Part shown: positions 27,790 through 37,237 of the stretch, one piece after another | How the letters are laid out: each line of letters starts with the position of its first letter | Position numbering within the stretch: the stretch's first letter is position 1 | Assembly: GCA_020056225.1 (NCBI GenBank) | Contig: JAGVIE010000030.1 | Location: 42,492 to 106,491, forward strand | Source of the DNA: Bacteroidota bacterium | GTDB lineage: Bacteria; Bacteroidota; Ignavibacteria; UBA10030; SZUA-254 | DNA length: 64,000 nt | Direction of reading: 5' to 3' | The notes under the pieces: model-generated | Told to the model about the DNA's origin: nothing | Database searches by the model: none | Seen by the model: the letters and a program-made list of their open reading frames with translations, nothing else | Position numbers and translations under genes: made by a program

Positions 27790-28888
27790 GCGTTCTCTCC
27801 GAATTTTCTATTCGTGTACCGCTATCTATGTAAACGATGTGCGCTTTTCCACCGGCTCGATTTATGGCTTCAGCGACAGATTCCGAATTATCCGGTGAAT
27901 AAGCAAACATGCAGCCGCCGCCTCCGGAGCCGTTGATTTTTCCGCCGTAAGCGCCGGCATTCATAGCGGCATCGAGCATTCGGTTTATTTTCGGAGTGGA
28001 GATTTTCAGAATGTCACGGAGGATCGATTGATGCTGGTTTAATAATTCACCGATTTTATGGTCGTCAAATTTAGGATGTACGAACAACTTGATTGCTTCG
28101 CCGGTGATATCGCGATTATGGATTGTGCCTAAAAGTAAGTCGCGCTGTTCATTATCTAAGTTCCTGAGATACCAATCGATGTTAGCAAGAGAAATTGTAT
28201 GCAGGGAAAATCCCCGGTGATTGCGGGTGATCTGCTTAACGATATCCAGCACCCGGTTCTTCACATGTGAAAGAACGAGTTTAGTATTTTTCTGTTCTAA
28301 AGAATTTCCAAGCACGAATGATTTCAGTTGAGACGGAAGCCGCTGGATCGCATGCTTAGGAAAAAATTCAACAAAGAGCGCCCCGCCCAAAGAAGTGGAA
28401 TATTGATCCATCATTCCGCCCGGCTCACCGAATTCCAATACTTCGGCTTGATGGGCGAGGCGGGCAATTTCTTCTGGTGATAATTCTTTATTTTGATCAC
28501 TCATTCTTGCGAGAAAATTTATCCAGCCGACAACAAGCGCAGAAGAGCTTGAAGTTCCGGAATTAAGAGGAATTGTTCCTTGAATTATGCAATCGAATCC
28601 TAGTGAGAACGTGAATCCGGCGCGGCGCATAATATTCATTGCGCTTCTGAGATAATCACGTTCAGTACGATAGGCAAGTGAACCGTCAAGAGAAAATTCG
28701 TCGCTGGTGCCTATATCCGGTAATTCAATATGTACGATCGAATCTTTCCTGTGGCTACCACTCACTGTGATTCGAAGCGAGATAGCGCATGAGATTACCG
28801 GGAGATTCAGATAATCCTGATGCTCTCCAAACAGACAAATCCTGCCTGGGGTAGAAATTTTTATTCCATTTATGATTGAGCTTTTCAA
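27782..28888 (-). CDS. GHMP sugar kinase (galactokinase-like)
   Basis: PGRICLFGEHQDY, IPLNSGTSSSSA, GGMMDQ and GGKINGSGGGGC. Confidence 0.88.
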   Translation of the reverse strand: MKSSIINGIKISTPGRICLFGEHQDYLNLPVISCAISLRITVSGSHRKDSIVHIELPDIGTSDEFSLDGSLAYRTERDYLRSAMNIMRRAGFTFSLGFDCIIQGTIPLNSGTSSSSALVVGWINFLARMSDQNKELSPEEIARLAHQAEVLEFGEPGGMMDQYSTSLGGALFVEFFPKHAIQRLPSQLKSFVLGNSLEQKNTKLVLSHVKNRVLDIVKQITRNHRGFSLHTISLANIDWYLRNLDNEQRDLLLGTIHNRDITGEAIKLFVHPKFDDHKIGELLNQHQSILRDILKISTPKINRMLDAAMNAGAYGGKINGSGGGGCMFAYSPDNSESVAEAINRAGGKAHIVYIDSGTRIENSERTHE

Positions 28889-29196
28889 CTTCGTATTAAT
28901 TCGTTACAATCCATTCATGATGCCAAGCAAGATGACACCGGAAACAATCGATTACATCTGAACGAACTGCGTAAAAATTTATTGACGTTGTCTTGGTTCT
29001 AAATATAACTTATAATAATGAATCTCACCAATTGTTTTTTTGATGAAACGATACTTCAAAATTATGCAGGAAAGCCTGTTTTTCAGCTAAAACGGTATTT
29101 TTTGATCCATTTGTTAAAAGAGAAATTAATTATTCAGATATTATTCAGGCATTCAGAAAAAATACCCGCGAAGATTTTAGACGAAAGGAATTTATT

Positions 29197-30654
29197 GTGA
29201 GACCTGCTATCAGATTTCTTGGAGATGAATTGATCGAGAGAATTGTTTCCGAGGGAAGACATATAATGTGCAAACTTGGTATTGAGATCCACAACGATAC
29301 CATGCTGTCGTTGCTTGTAGATCATGGGGTAGCAATCGATAAAAATACTAACCGCGTTTTCTTCAATCAATCGATTATTGACAAAGCTCTCGTTTCCGCG
29401 CCGCGCTCTTTTAAACTTTATGATGTTTTAGAAAAGCAGGCTGTCGATCTATCGGGATTCAACGTAAACTATACGCCCGGCTCCGCCGCTATATATATAC
29501 TAGACGGTAAAACGAATAACATCAGAAGACCATTGGCGAACGATTACACACAGTATGTTAAGCTTATGTGTAAAATGAACAACATCGCATCACAATCCAC
29601 CGCGATGGTACCAGCCGATGTTCACGAAAAGATATCCGACAGTTATAGATTATATCTCAGTCTTCTATTCTGTGAGAAACCTGTCGTGACCGGAGCTTTC
29701 ACGATTGAAGCGTTTGAGGTGATGAAAAATTTACAGGTTGCCATTCGCGGTTCTATCGAAAACCTGGCTGCCAAACCGCTCACAATTTTCTCATGTTGTC
29801 CAACTTCGCCGCTTAAATGGAGTGATGTTACATCCCAAAACCTGATCGACTGTGCAAAATATTCAATACCCGTCGAATATATTTCAATGCCGCTTTCCGG
29901 TTTCATGTCGCCGGTGACCCTTGTTGGCACACTCATTCAGCATACGGCGGAAACACTCAGCGGGTTAGTGATGAGCCAGATCGTTAACCCCGGAACACCG
30001 ATTCTATACGGCGGATCACCTGCTTTTTTCGATGTCAGATATGAAACGACACCAATGGGTTCCATCTCGACCATGATGATCGATTGTGCATACAACGAAA
30101 TTGGGAAATACCTCGGATTACCCACTCAAGCCTACATCGGTCTAAGCGATGCTAAACACCTCGACGCACAGGCTGGTCTTGAATCATCGATGGGCGCAAC
30201 ACTCGCGGCGCTTGCCGGCATCAATAACATCTCCGGTCCCGGCATGCTCGACTTTGAAAGCTGTTTCAGTCTAGAAAAGTTGGTGGTGGACAATGAAATA
30301 TGCGGCATGACCCTCCAAATGATTAAGGGAATTGAACCTAAAGAAGATTTTCCGTCGCAACCGATTTTCGAAGAACTGTTAAAGGAAAAACACCTGCTGA
30401 TATCGGACCACACTTTAAAATATCTCAAGGGCGAAGAATATTATCCTGGAAAAGTTCTAAGCAGGGCGAACAGGTCTAGATGGGAAGAGGAGGGAAGTAC
30501 AACAATTAGTGAGCGGGCGGCTAATGAAATAGACAAGATGATTAAGCAATGGCACCCGACACTTCTTGGAGATGATATTAAAAAGGAATTAACCCAATTG
30601 ATGGAAAAGGAAGCTCAGAAATACGGGATGTCGAAATTACCGCAGATAAATTGA
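29197..30654 (+). CDS. Non-pyrrolysine MttB-superfamily methylamine:corrinoid methyltransferase
   Basis: SPLKW, MSPVTLVGTLIQHTAETLSG, PGTPILYG and SDAKHLDAQAGLE. No in-frame amber codon; Leu precedes SDAK. Confidence 0.9.
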   Translation: MRPAIRFLGDELIERIVSEGRHIMCKLGIEIHNDTMLSLLVDHGVAIDKNTNRVFFNQSIIDKALVSAPRSFKLYDVLEKQAVDLSGFNVNYTPGSAAIYILDGKTNNIRRPLANDYTQYVKLMCKMNNIASQSTAMVPADVHEKISDSYRLYLSLLFCEKPVVTGAFTIEAFEVMKNLQVAIRGSIENLAAKPLTIFSCCPTSPLKWSDVTSQNLIDCAKYSIPVEYISMPLSGFMSPVTLVGTLIQHTAETLSGLVMSQIVNPGTPILYGGSPAFFDVRYETTPMGSISTMMIDCAYNEIGKYLGLPTQAYIGLSDAKHLDAQAGLESSMGATLAALAGINNISGPGMLDFESCFSLEKLVVDNEICGMTLQMIKGIEPKEDFPSQPIFEELLKEKHLLISDHTLKYLKGEEYYPGKVLSRANRSRWEEEGSTTISERAANEIDKMIKQWHPTLLGDDIKKELTQLMEKEAQKYGMSKLPQIN

Positions 30655-31367
30655 TGCGAAAGATTTTCAATATTTCCGTTGATGAAGTTATCCCGCCGAT
30701 CGGATCAGTTTTAGCGGCTCAGGGTATTCCACTGCATTTAAAACCGGATGAGCGCACATTGCATCTTGCCGAAGAAGCGATCTTGCTCTTTCGACGATAC
30801 GCACAGCCGACAGGAATTGTTATGGAAATTTCCAGAGACGATTTCGACGTTATCTACGTCGGTGATGGTAAAAATGCGACAGATTCTCCAGTCGAACCTA
30901 TTTATAAATTATCCGATGATCTTGCCCTCTTTGCAATAACCATTGATGAGAGTATTTGCGCCGAGATTTCTAAACTGTTCGAGAGAAATGACTTCGCTCT
31001 CGGTTCCATGTTAGATGCGGCGGCATCGGAAGGCGCAGAGTTAACGGCTCAATGGATTGAAAATTTCTACGGGAAGCATTTGGTGAAAATCGGCCGTTTT
31101 AATAATAAAAATGATATTTTACGTTTCAGCCCGGGGTACTGTGGATGGCATATGAGCGCTCAAAAAAAAATATTTAAGACACTTCGCCCTGAAGATATCG
31201 ATATTGAACTGAACTCGAGTTTTCTTATGAAACCTTTAAAATCTATCAGCGGTATTATCATCTCCGGTCAAAAAGAAATTTTTGAATTCGATGACACATT
31301 TTCATTCTGCAAAGATTGTACAACTCATACGTGTAGAGATAGAATTAAGGCGGCGATAGATAGATAA
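30651..31367 (+). CDS. Stand-alone methionine synthase reactivation (AdoMet-binding) domain protein
   Basis: LFAITI, MLDAAASEGAE, RFSPGYCGW, LMKPLKSISG and C-terminal CKDCTTHTC. Confidence 0.85.
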   Translation: MMRKIFNISVDEVIPPIGSVLAAQGIPLHLKPDERTLHLAEEAILLFRRYAQPTGIVMEISRDDFDVIYVGDGKNATDSPVEPIYKLSDDLALFAITIDESICAEISKLFERNDFALGSMLDAAASEGAELTAQWIENFYGKHLVKIGRFNNKNDILRFSPGYCGWHMSAQKKIFKTLRPEDIDIELNSSFLMKPLKSISGIIISGQKEIFEFDDTFSFCKDCTTHTCRDRIKAAIDR

Positions 31368-31433
31368 TTTAAGATTTAGAATTCATGCAACACGAAACAT
31401 AATACTTGAAACGGTAAAGACTTTGGAGTCAAT

Positions 31434-32072
31434 ATGACTGTTATACAAGAACTTTCTGAACAACTTCAGCAAGGCAACCCGAAGAATGTTGCCGAACTCA
31501 CCCGGCAAGCAATCAATGAAAACATTGATATTAAAACGATACTCGATAAGGGCCTCATTGCCGGCATGTCAGTTATCGGAGAAAAATTCAAGGCGCATGA
31601 AATTTTCCTGCCCCATGTTCTTCTTGCGGCAAAAGCAATGTATGCGGGAATGGATTTGCTGAAACCGCTGCTTCTTAAAGAAGGAATTCCGACAAGAGGA
31701 AAAGTTATAATTGGATCCGTTCAGGGCGATCTGCATGACATTGGAAAAAATCTTGTCGCAATTATGCTCAAAGGCGCAGGCTTCGAGGTTATTGATTTGG
31801 GCAATGATGTTTCTCCGGAAAAGTTTCTCGACACAGCAGAAAAAGAAAATGCGGGTGTTGTTGGAATGTCAGCTCTCCTTACCACGACAATGCCGGTGAT
31901 GAAGAAAGTGATTGATCTTGCGCGCGCGCGCGGACTATACGGCAAAAAAAGATTTATTGTCGGAGGTGCACCGCTCTCATCGGAGTATGCAAAAGAAATC
32001 GGTGCCGACGCGTATTGTTTCGATGGTGTCAGCGCAGTCGAAACGGTTAAACGTTTTGCGGGAATATTCTGA
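31434..32072 (+). CDS. Corrinoid (B12-binding) protein
   Basis: Cap domain GLIAGMSVIGEKF...IFLP; GDLHDIGKN, MSALLTTT and VGGAP. Confidence 0.93.
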   Translation: MTVIQELSEQLQQGNPKNVAELTRQAINENIDIKTILDKGLIAGMSVIGEKFKAHEIFLPHVLLAAKAMYAGMDLLKPLLLKEGIPTRGKVIIGSVQGDLHDIGKNLVAIMLKGAGFEVIDLGNDVSPEKFLDTAEKENAGVVGMSALLTTTMPVMKKVIDLARARGLYGKKRFIVGGAPLSSEYAKEIGADAYCFDGVSAVETVKRFAGIF

Positions 32073-32971
32073 TGCAGTCATTAGCCGAACGTTTGACACA
32101 ACCCGGAGTACTCATTGCCGATGGTGCAATAGGCACAATGCTTTTCAAGTGTGGATTGATCGCGGGCGAATGTCCTGAAAAAATAAATCTCGATCGATCA
32201 GAAATCCTGGAAGAAATTGCCCTGCTTTACTTTCATGCGGGAGCCGAGATTGTTCAGACGAACACCTTTGGCGGCTCGCCGCTCAAGCTAGCCATGTACT
32301 CACTTGACAATAAGACGGAAGAAATAAATGCCAGGGCAGTGCAAGCAGTAAGGAAAATCGTTAGAGATGAAGCTTATATCTCGGCTTCATGTGGTCCTAC
32401 GGGAAAATTATTGGAACCGTTCGGAGATACGAAACCCGAACAAATTTTTGAAACATATCGACGGCAAATGAAAACGCTTCTCGCGGAAGGTGTTGATATG
32501 ATTTGCATAGAGACAATGACCGACATCGCGGAAGCTGTACTAGCAGTCAAGGCGGCGCGATCCATTTCATCAATGATACCTGTTTGCGCTACAATGACGT
32601 TCGATCCTACACCGAGAGGATTTTATACTATCATGGGTTCAACAATCGAACAGGCAGCAAGTGAACTTAATAATGCCGGCGCTGACATTATCGGTTCTAA
32701 TTGTGGTAACGGTATTATGAATATGGTTACTATAGCGAAAGAATTTAAAAAACACACAACACTTCCCATAATCATTCAATCAAATGCGGGGATACCGATT
32801 TTGAAGGATGGCGTCTCGATATATCCCGAAACTCCCGAGTATATGACGGAACAAAGTCGTGAACTAATTGACATCGATATTAAAATTCTTGGGGGGTGTT
32901 GCGGAACAACTCCGGCTCACATCGAAGCATTCAAAAAAATTCTCAGAGAGAATTCTGCAAAAACTTACTGA
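32072..32971 (+). CDS. Homocysteine S-methyltransferase domain protein (MetH N-terminal domain, stand-alone)
   Basis: DGAIGTML, TNTFG, IETM, GSNCG, SNAGIP and GGCCGTTPAHI (Zn ligands). Confidence 0.92.
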   Translation: MQSLAERLTQPGVLIADGAIGTMLFKCGLIAGECPEKINLDRSEILEEIALLYFHAGAEIVQTNTFGGSPLKLAMYSLDNKTEEINARAVQAVRKIVRDEAYISASCGPTGKLLEPFGDTKPEQIFETYRRQMKTLLAEGVDMICIETMTDIAEAVLAVKAARSISSMIPVCATMTFDPTPRGFYTIMGSTIEQAASELNNAGADIIGSNCGNGIMNMVTIAKEFKKHTTLPIIIQSNAGIPILKDGVSIYPETPEYMTEQSRELIDIDIKILGGCCGTTPAHIEAFKKILRENSAKTY

Positions 32972-33249
32972 TAAACCTTTCTTTCACCTACATCTTTTTT
33001 CTCTTCGGTCAGAAATGTCCATGATTTTTGATAAAGCTACACCCGTTTGATATAATTTTGAATGAAGCAGATAAATCGTTTACACTATCAAACCTACTAT
33101 GGGTGGAGAAATCTGTAAAAAATCAAGGAAAGAACGCCACACGCCATCAAATCATACCCTATAAAAACAGTGAATATTGAAGAAATTTAAGGTTTCTCTG
33201 TTGAAAAAATTTCCCCACCGATAAATCCTTGATTATTTTGTGAATTAAC

Positions 33250-33311
33250 TTGACTTTCAATGAAAAATCCCTAAATTTAAACTTCACGTGGGGAAAAGTG
33301 GGGAATATTGG
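33250..33311 (+). promoter_or_regulatory. dcw promoter with MraZ-binding GTGG repeats
   Basis: TTGACT (33250) ... TAAATT (33272). GTGGGGAAAA-GTGGGGAATA-TTGG repeats at 10-nt spacing (33288-33311). Confidence 0.7.
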
Positions 33312-33346
33312 AATCAAGTTTTTAAGGTTTTTTGAAAGAATTTAAA

Positions 33347-33787
33347 ATGTCATCTTTTAAGGGTTCATACACATATTCAGTCGACGATAAAGGCAGGGTA
33401 AGTCTTCCTGCAAAGATGCGCAAGTGTGTCTCTCCTGAAGCTAATGTTACATTCATCATTACGCGCGGTTTTGAAAAATGTTTATTCGTTTATCCAAATG
33501 ATGAGTGGGGTAAGATAGAGGCAAATCTACGCAGTTTATCTTCGTACGACCCGGAACATAGAAGATTTGTTCGCACGTTTCTAGAACCTGCGGTTGAATC
33601 ACAGTTTGATGTGCAATTTCGTCTTTCAATTCCCCAGGAACTTCGAGAGTATGCCAACATTCAAGGAGAAGTAAGGATTATTGGGGCACTTGAAAGAATT
33701 GAACTGTGGAATCCCCAAATGTATGAAGAGTACAAGAGCAATCAATCGGAGTCGTATGAAACGATTGCAGCAAAAGTAATGCGATGA
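33347..33787 (+). CDS. mraZ: Transcriptional regulator MraZ
   Basis: FKGSY...VDDKGRVSLP, RGFEKCL and IELW. First gene of the dcw cluster. Confidence 0.95.
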   Translation: MSSFKGSYTYSVDDKGRVSLPAKMRKCVSPEANVTFIITRGFEKCLFVYPNDEWGKIEANLRSLSSYDPEHRRFVRTFLEPAVESQFDVQFRLSIPQELREYANIQGEVRIIGALERIELWNPQMYEEYKSNQSESYETIAAKVMR

Positions 33788-33833
33788 CTCGACGATTACT
33801 AATTGTTCTTTGCGGTTAAAAGATGTTGTCCGG

Positions 33834-34763
33834 ATGGACATTTTTTATCATACCCCGGTCCTTGTTGATGCAGTCACGCGCTATCTTTCAGTTAATCCAG
33901 ACGGTATCTATGTTGACGGTACGCTTGGCGGCGGTGGACATGCAGAGTCGATTCTGACAAATATTTCCCCAAAGGGGAAACTTATCGGGTTCGACATGGA
34001 CATTGAAGCGATAACATTTTCAAAAACCCGACTGGGAAAATATAAAGATAAAATTCTATTTATCCATGGTAACTTTTCGAACATCAAACAACATTTAAAT
34101 AACCTTGGAGTTGATAGCATCGATGGGTTATTATTGGATTTAGGATTATCATCTCATCAGATTGACGATGCACTACGTGGCTTTAGCTTTAGAGAAGGTA
34201 ATCGAATTGATATGAGAATGGATCGGGAACAACAAATCGATGGATGGAAAGTGATTAACACATACGATCAAAACCGGTTAACCGACATATTTTGGAAATT
34301 CGGCGAAGAAAGAAATTCCCGCCGGATTGCGAAACATATAATCGAAAGGCGAGATAAAAGACAGATCGAAAGCACTGAAGATCTGGCAGAAATAATATCT
34401 TCATCGACTGGAAAACAATATTTAAATAAAACCTTGGCTCGAATATTCCAGGCGGTTCGAATTGAAGTGAACAATGAGCTTGAAAACCTCCGCAAGGCGT
34501 TAAAGGATTCGATAGAATTGTTGCGAACGGGAGGAAAAATAGCAGTTATTTCATACCACAGTCTGGAAGACAGGATTGTGAAGGATTTTTTTAAAGAAGA
34601 ATCAAGGTCAGTTATCAGTTCAGGAAATAAATATATTCCGGATATACAAAGAAATGCATTATTAAAAGTACTAACTAAGAAACCGATAATCCCTTCCGAG
34701 GAAGAGATCGTCGTTAATCCGCGTGCAAGAAGCGCAAAATTGAGAGTCGCTGAACGGCTATAG
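33834..34763 (+). CDS. rsmH: 16S rRNA m4C1402 methyltransferase RsmH
   Basis: HTPVL, DGTLGGGGH, DLGLSSHQ, ISYHSLEDR and NPRARSAKLR. Confidence 0.96.
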   Translation: MDIFYHTPVLVDAVTRYLSVNPDGIYVDGTLGGGGHAESILTNISPKGKLIGFDMDIEAITFSKTRLGKYKDKILFIHGNFSNIKQHLNNLGVDSIDGLLLDLGLSSHQIDDALRGFSFREGNRIDMRMDREQQIDGWKVINTYDQNRLTDIFWKFGEERNSRRIAKHIIERRDKRQIESTEDLAEIISSSTGKQYLNKTLARIFQAVRIEVNNELENLRKALKDSIELLRTGGKIAVISYHSLEDRIVKDFFKEESRSVISSGNKYIPDIQRNALLKVLTKKPIIPSEEEIVVNPRARSAKLRVAERL

Positions 34764-34765
34764 TC

Positions 34766-35197
34766 ATGGCTAAATTAATATCTCCCAAAATAGAAGATAC
34801 CCCAAGTCCAGAACTTACGGAAAAGAGATATGTCTATAATGGTGAAGCTTCTGATGGAAAAGTAGAAGTTACCCAGAAGGGAAATCGTCCGGTAAGGTCG
34901 AGAAAACGTTCACCGTTTTATATAATCGGAACTCTATTTTTGGCGTCCGTTTTGATTGTGTTTTACATCTGGAATAAAATATGCGTGAACCGTCTCGTTG
35001 TTGAAGTGAATGATTTCCGCAACCAGCATGAAAAGATCTTGAATGCAAATGAATTTTTGAATGCTGAAATAAATAAGAAATCGAGCTTGGAACGTATCGT
35101 TAAAATTTCGACGGAACAGTTGGGACTTATCGCCCCCAAAGAACAGCCCGTTTGGTTCGATGTGGACTTAAGCCGCGCAGAGATTATTGGAGAATAA
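34766..35197 (+). CDS. ftsL: Cell division protein FtsL
   Basis: Single TM segment followed by a coiled coil and LERI...LGL. Lies between rsmH and ftsI. Confidence 0.8.
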   Translation: MAKLISPKIEDTPSPELTEKRYVYNGEASDGKVEVTQKGNRPVRSRKRSPFYIIGTLFLASVLIVFYIWNKICVNRLVVEVNDFRNQHEKILNANEFLNAEINKKSSLERIVKISTEQLGLIAPKEQPVWFDVDLSRAEIIGE

Positions 35198-35209
35198 GAA
35201 GAACAGCCC

Positions 35210-37222
35210 GTGAAGCAAAATCAACAACATAAATCATCTCAGGTCAACCCGGCGCCGATTTCAGGCAACCGAAGCAGACTGCGTTTTTTCCAAATCGTAA
35301 TAGTCATTTTGTTTTTTGTTGTTGGCGGGCGACTCGCACAGATTCAAATCGTAGAGTCTCAGAAGTATCGTAAGATTGCGCAAAGGCAATATCAGTCGAA
35401 AATAATTTTACCGGCTGAGCGCGGGTTACTGTATGATTGCAATGGCGGCGTCATTGCTTCTAACTCGATCCTTATCTCATTTGCGGCAGACCCGCAAATC
35501 GCGGCTGAAGATGCGAGAGCGATAGCGAATAAATTCTCAAAATATTTTGGAAAGCCAAAAAACTATTATCTGGAAAAACTTCAATCCGATTTGCGATTTG
35601 TGTGGCTTGAGCGACAGGTCGACGCAAAATACTTACAGAAGATAAATCCTAAAAAAGATACAGGCGTCGTCGTTCGCTACGAACCCAAACGCCTTTACTT
35701 CCATGATCATATCGCAGGGCAGTTGATCGGAACGACCAACATAGACAATCAGGGGTTGGCGGGTATTGAACAGGAATTTGATAATCAACTGCAAGGTGCA
35801 GATGGATACGTAATATTTCAGCGGGACGGTTTGGGCCGCGCAAGACCATCGGTCGATTATCCGAGGGTAGAGCCTGTGCATGGACACAATATCTATCTGA
35901 CTATAGATATGAAGATACAATCATTTGCCGAAAAAGAGTTGAAGAAGGGTGTCGAACAAAATAAAGCAGAGCGTGGTTTGGTGGTTATACTTCACCCAAA
36001 AACCGGCGAAGTGCTGGCATTAGCTCAATACCCGAATATTGACCCTAATAATTTTGGGAAATATCAGTTACAGGATCAGAGATTGCGCGCAGTAACAGAT
36101 TTGTTTGAACCAGGCTCGATATTTAAAATTGTTACAGCTTCGGCTGCGCTGGAAAGCGGGCTTGTATCTCCTGAAAAACAATTTTATGCTGAGAATGGAA
36201 CCTATGTCGTACATGTAACTCCGACTAAAACACGTAAGATCATCGATACCCATAAAGATAAGTGGCTTACCTTCAAAGAGTCGATGGAGAAATCGAGCAA
36301 TATAGTAATGGCAAAGGTTAGCGATCTGATTGGAAGCGAACGATTTTACAAAACAGCCCGGGATTTCGGTTTCGGTATTCCGACAAACATCGATTATCCG
36401 GGTGAAGTGAAGGGTGTTCTTAAGAAACCAATGGAATGGTCGGCAACGACATTGAACACTATGGCATTTGGTTATGAAGTCGGCGCAAGTCCAATCCAGA
36501 TTGCCGCGGCGTATGCCGCTATTGCTAATGACGGAATATTAATGAGACCGTATATCTTTAAAAAAGAGACAGATGCATCCGGGCAGATAGTCAGAGAATC
36601 TCAGCCGCAACAAATTCGGCGCGTTGTTTCGTCGAAAACTGTACGAACACTTATCGATTTTTTTGAAGGTGTGGTTGAGCAGGGCACGGGAACACCGGCG
36701 AAAATTCCCGGAGTAAGGATTGCTGGTAAAACCGGGACATCTAAAAAGTTTGTAGAAGGCCATTATGAAGGCGGAAATTATATTGCATCATTCATTGGCT
36801 TTTTCCCGTCCGATAATCCGAAAATAGTTTGTCTTGTAATGCTCGATAATCCGCGAGGAAGCAGTTATTACGGCGGCACAACTAGCGCGCCTGTATTTCG
36901 TGCTATTGCTGAGCAAATAATCAACACGACGGAATTTGCAGCGCCTCAGCGGAAGTTTGTTGCTGATACTATGAAAATAAATGAACCTGTAAAAGAAAAT
37001 GCCGCTGTGATTTTATCTCCGGCTGGAGTTATTCCTGACGTTCGTGGTCGAAGTGTCAGGCAGGCGGTTTCAATTCTAAAGGACAGGAAATTACAAGCGG
37101 TTGTCAACGGTTCGGGTATTGTAAGAAATCAAATGCCTGAGCCGGGATTGCCCTTAAAGCGAGGCATGAAAATAACTTTGACATGTCAGCCGAAGCTATC
37201 TGCCGCTTTAAATCTAAATTAG
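35210..37222 (+). CDS. ftsI: Penicillin-binding protein FtsI (PBP3) with PASTA domain
   Basis: EPGSIFK (SxxK), SSN, GKTGT and C-terminal IPDVRG (PASTA). Confidence 0.93.
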   Translation: MKQNQQHKSSQVNPAPISGNRSRLRFFQIVIVILFFVVGGRLAQIQIVESQKYRKIAQRQYQSKIILPAERGLLYDCNGGVIASNSILISFAADPQIAAEDARAIANKFSKYFGKPKNYYLEKLQSDLRFVWLERQVDAKYLQKINPKKDTGVVVRYEPKRLYFHDHIAGQLIGTTNIDNQGLAGIEQEFDNQLQGADGYVIFQRDGLGRARPSVDYPRVEPVHGHNIYLTIDMKIQSFAEKELKKGVEQNKAERGLVVILHPKTGEVLALAQYPNIDPNNFGKYQLQDQRLRAVTDLFEPGSIFKIVTASAALESGLVSPEKQFYAENGTYVVHVTPTKTRKIIDTHKDKWLTFKESMEKSSNIVMAKVSDLIGSERFYKTARDFGFGIPTNIDYPGEVKGVLKKPMEWSATTLNTMAFGYEVGASPIQIAAAYAAIANDGILMRPYIFKKETDASGQIVRESQPQQIRRVVSSKTVRTLIDFFEGVVEQGTGTPAKIPGVRIAGKTGTSKKFVEGHYEGGNYIASFIGFFPSDNPKIVCLVMLDNPRGSSYYGGTTSAPVFRAIAEQIINTTEFAAPQRKFVADTMKINEPVKENAAVILSPAGVIPDVRGRSVRQAVSILKDRKLQAVVNGSGIVRNQMPEPGLPLKRGMKITLTCQPKLSAALNLN

Positions 37223-37237
37223 ATTATTGATAAAGAG

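Noticed and set aside
28890-29196. Cobalamin or SAM riboswitch upstream of the methyltransferase operon
   Set aside because: No B12-box or SAM-I core motifs are recognisable. The region is AT-rich with only a possible TTGACG-N16-TATAAC promoter.
29197-30654. Pyrrolysine-containing trimethylamine methyltransferase
   Set aside because: The ORF is full length with no in-frame TAG, and no pyl genes are in the window.
35139-35211. 13-bp direct repeat AAGAACAGCCCGT, 60 bp apart, at the ftsL/ftsI junction
   Set aside because: There are only two copies and both genes look intact. It could be chance or an old micro-duplication.
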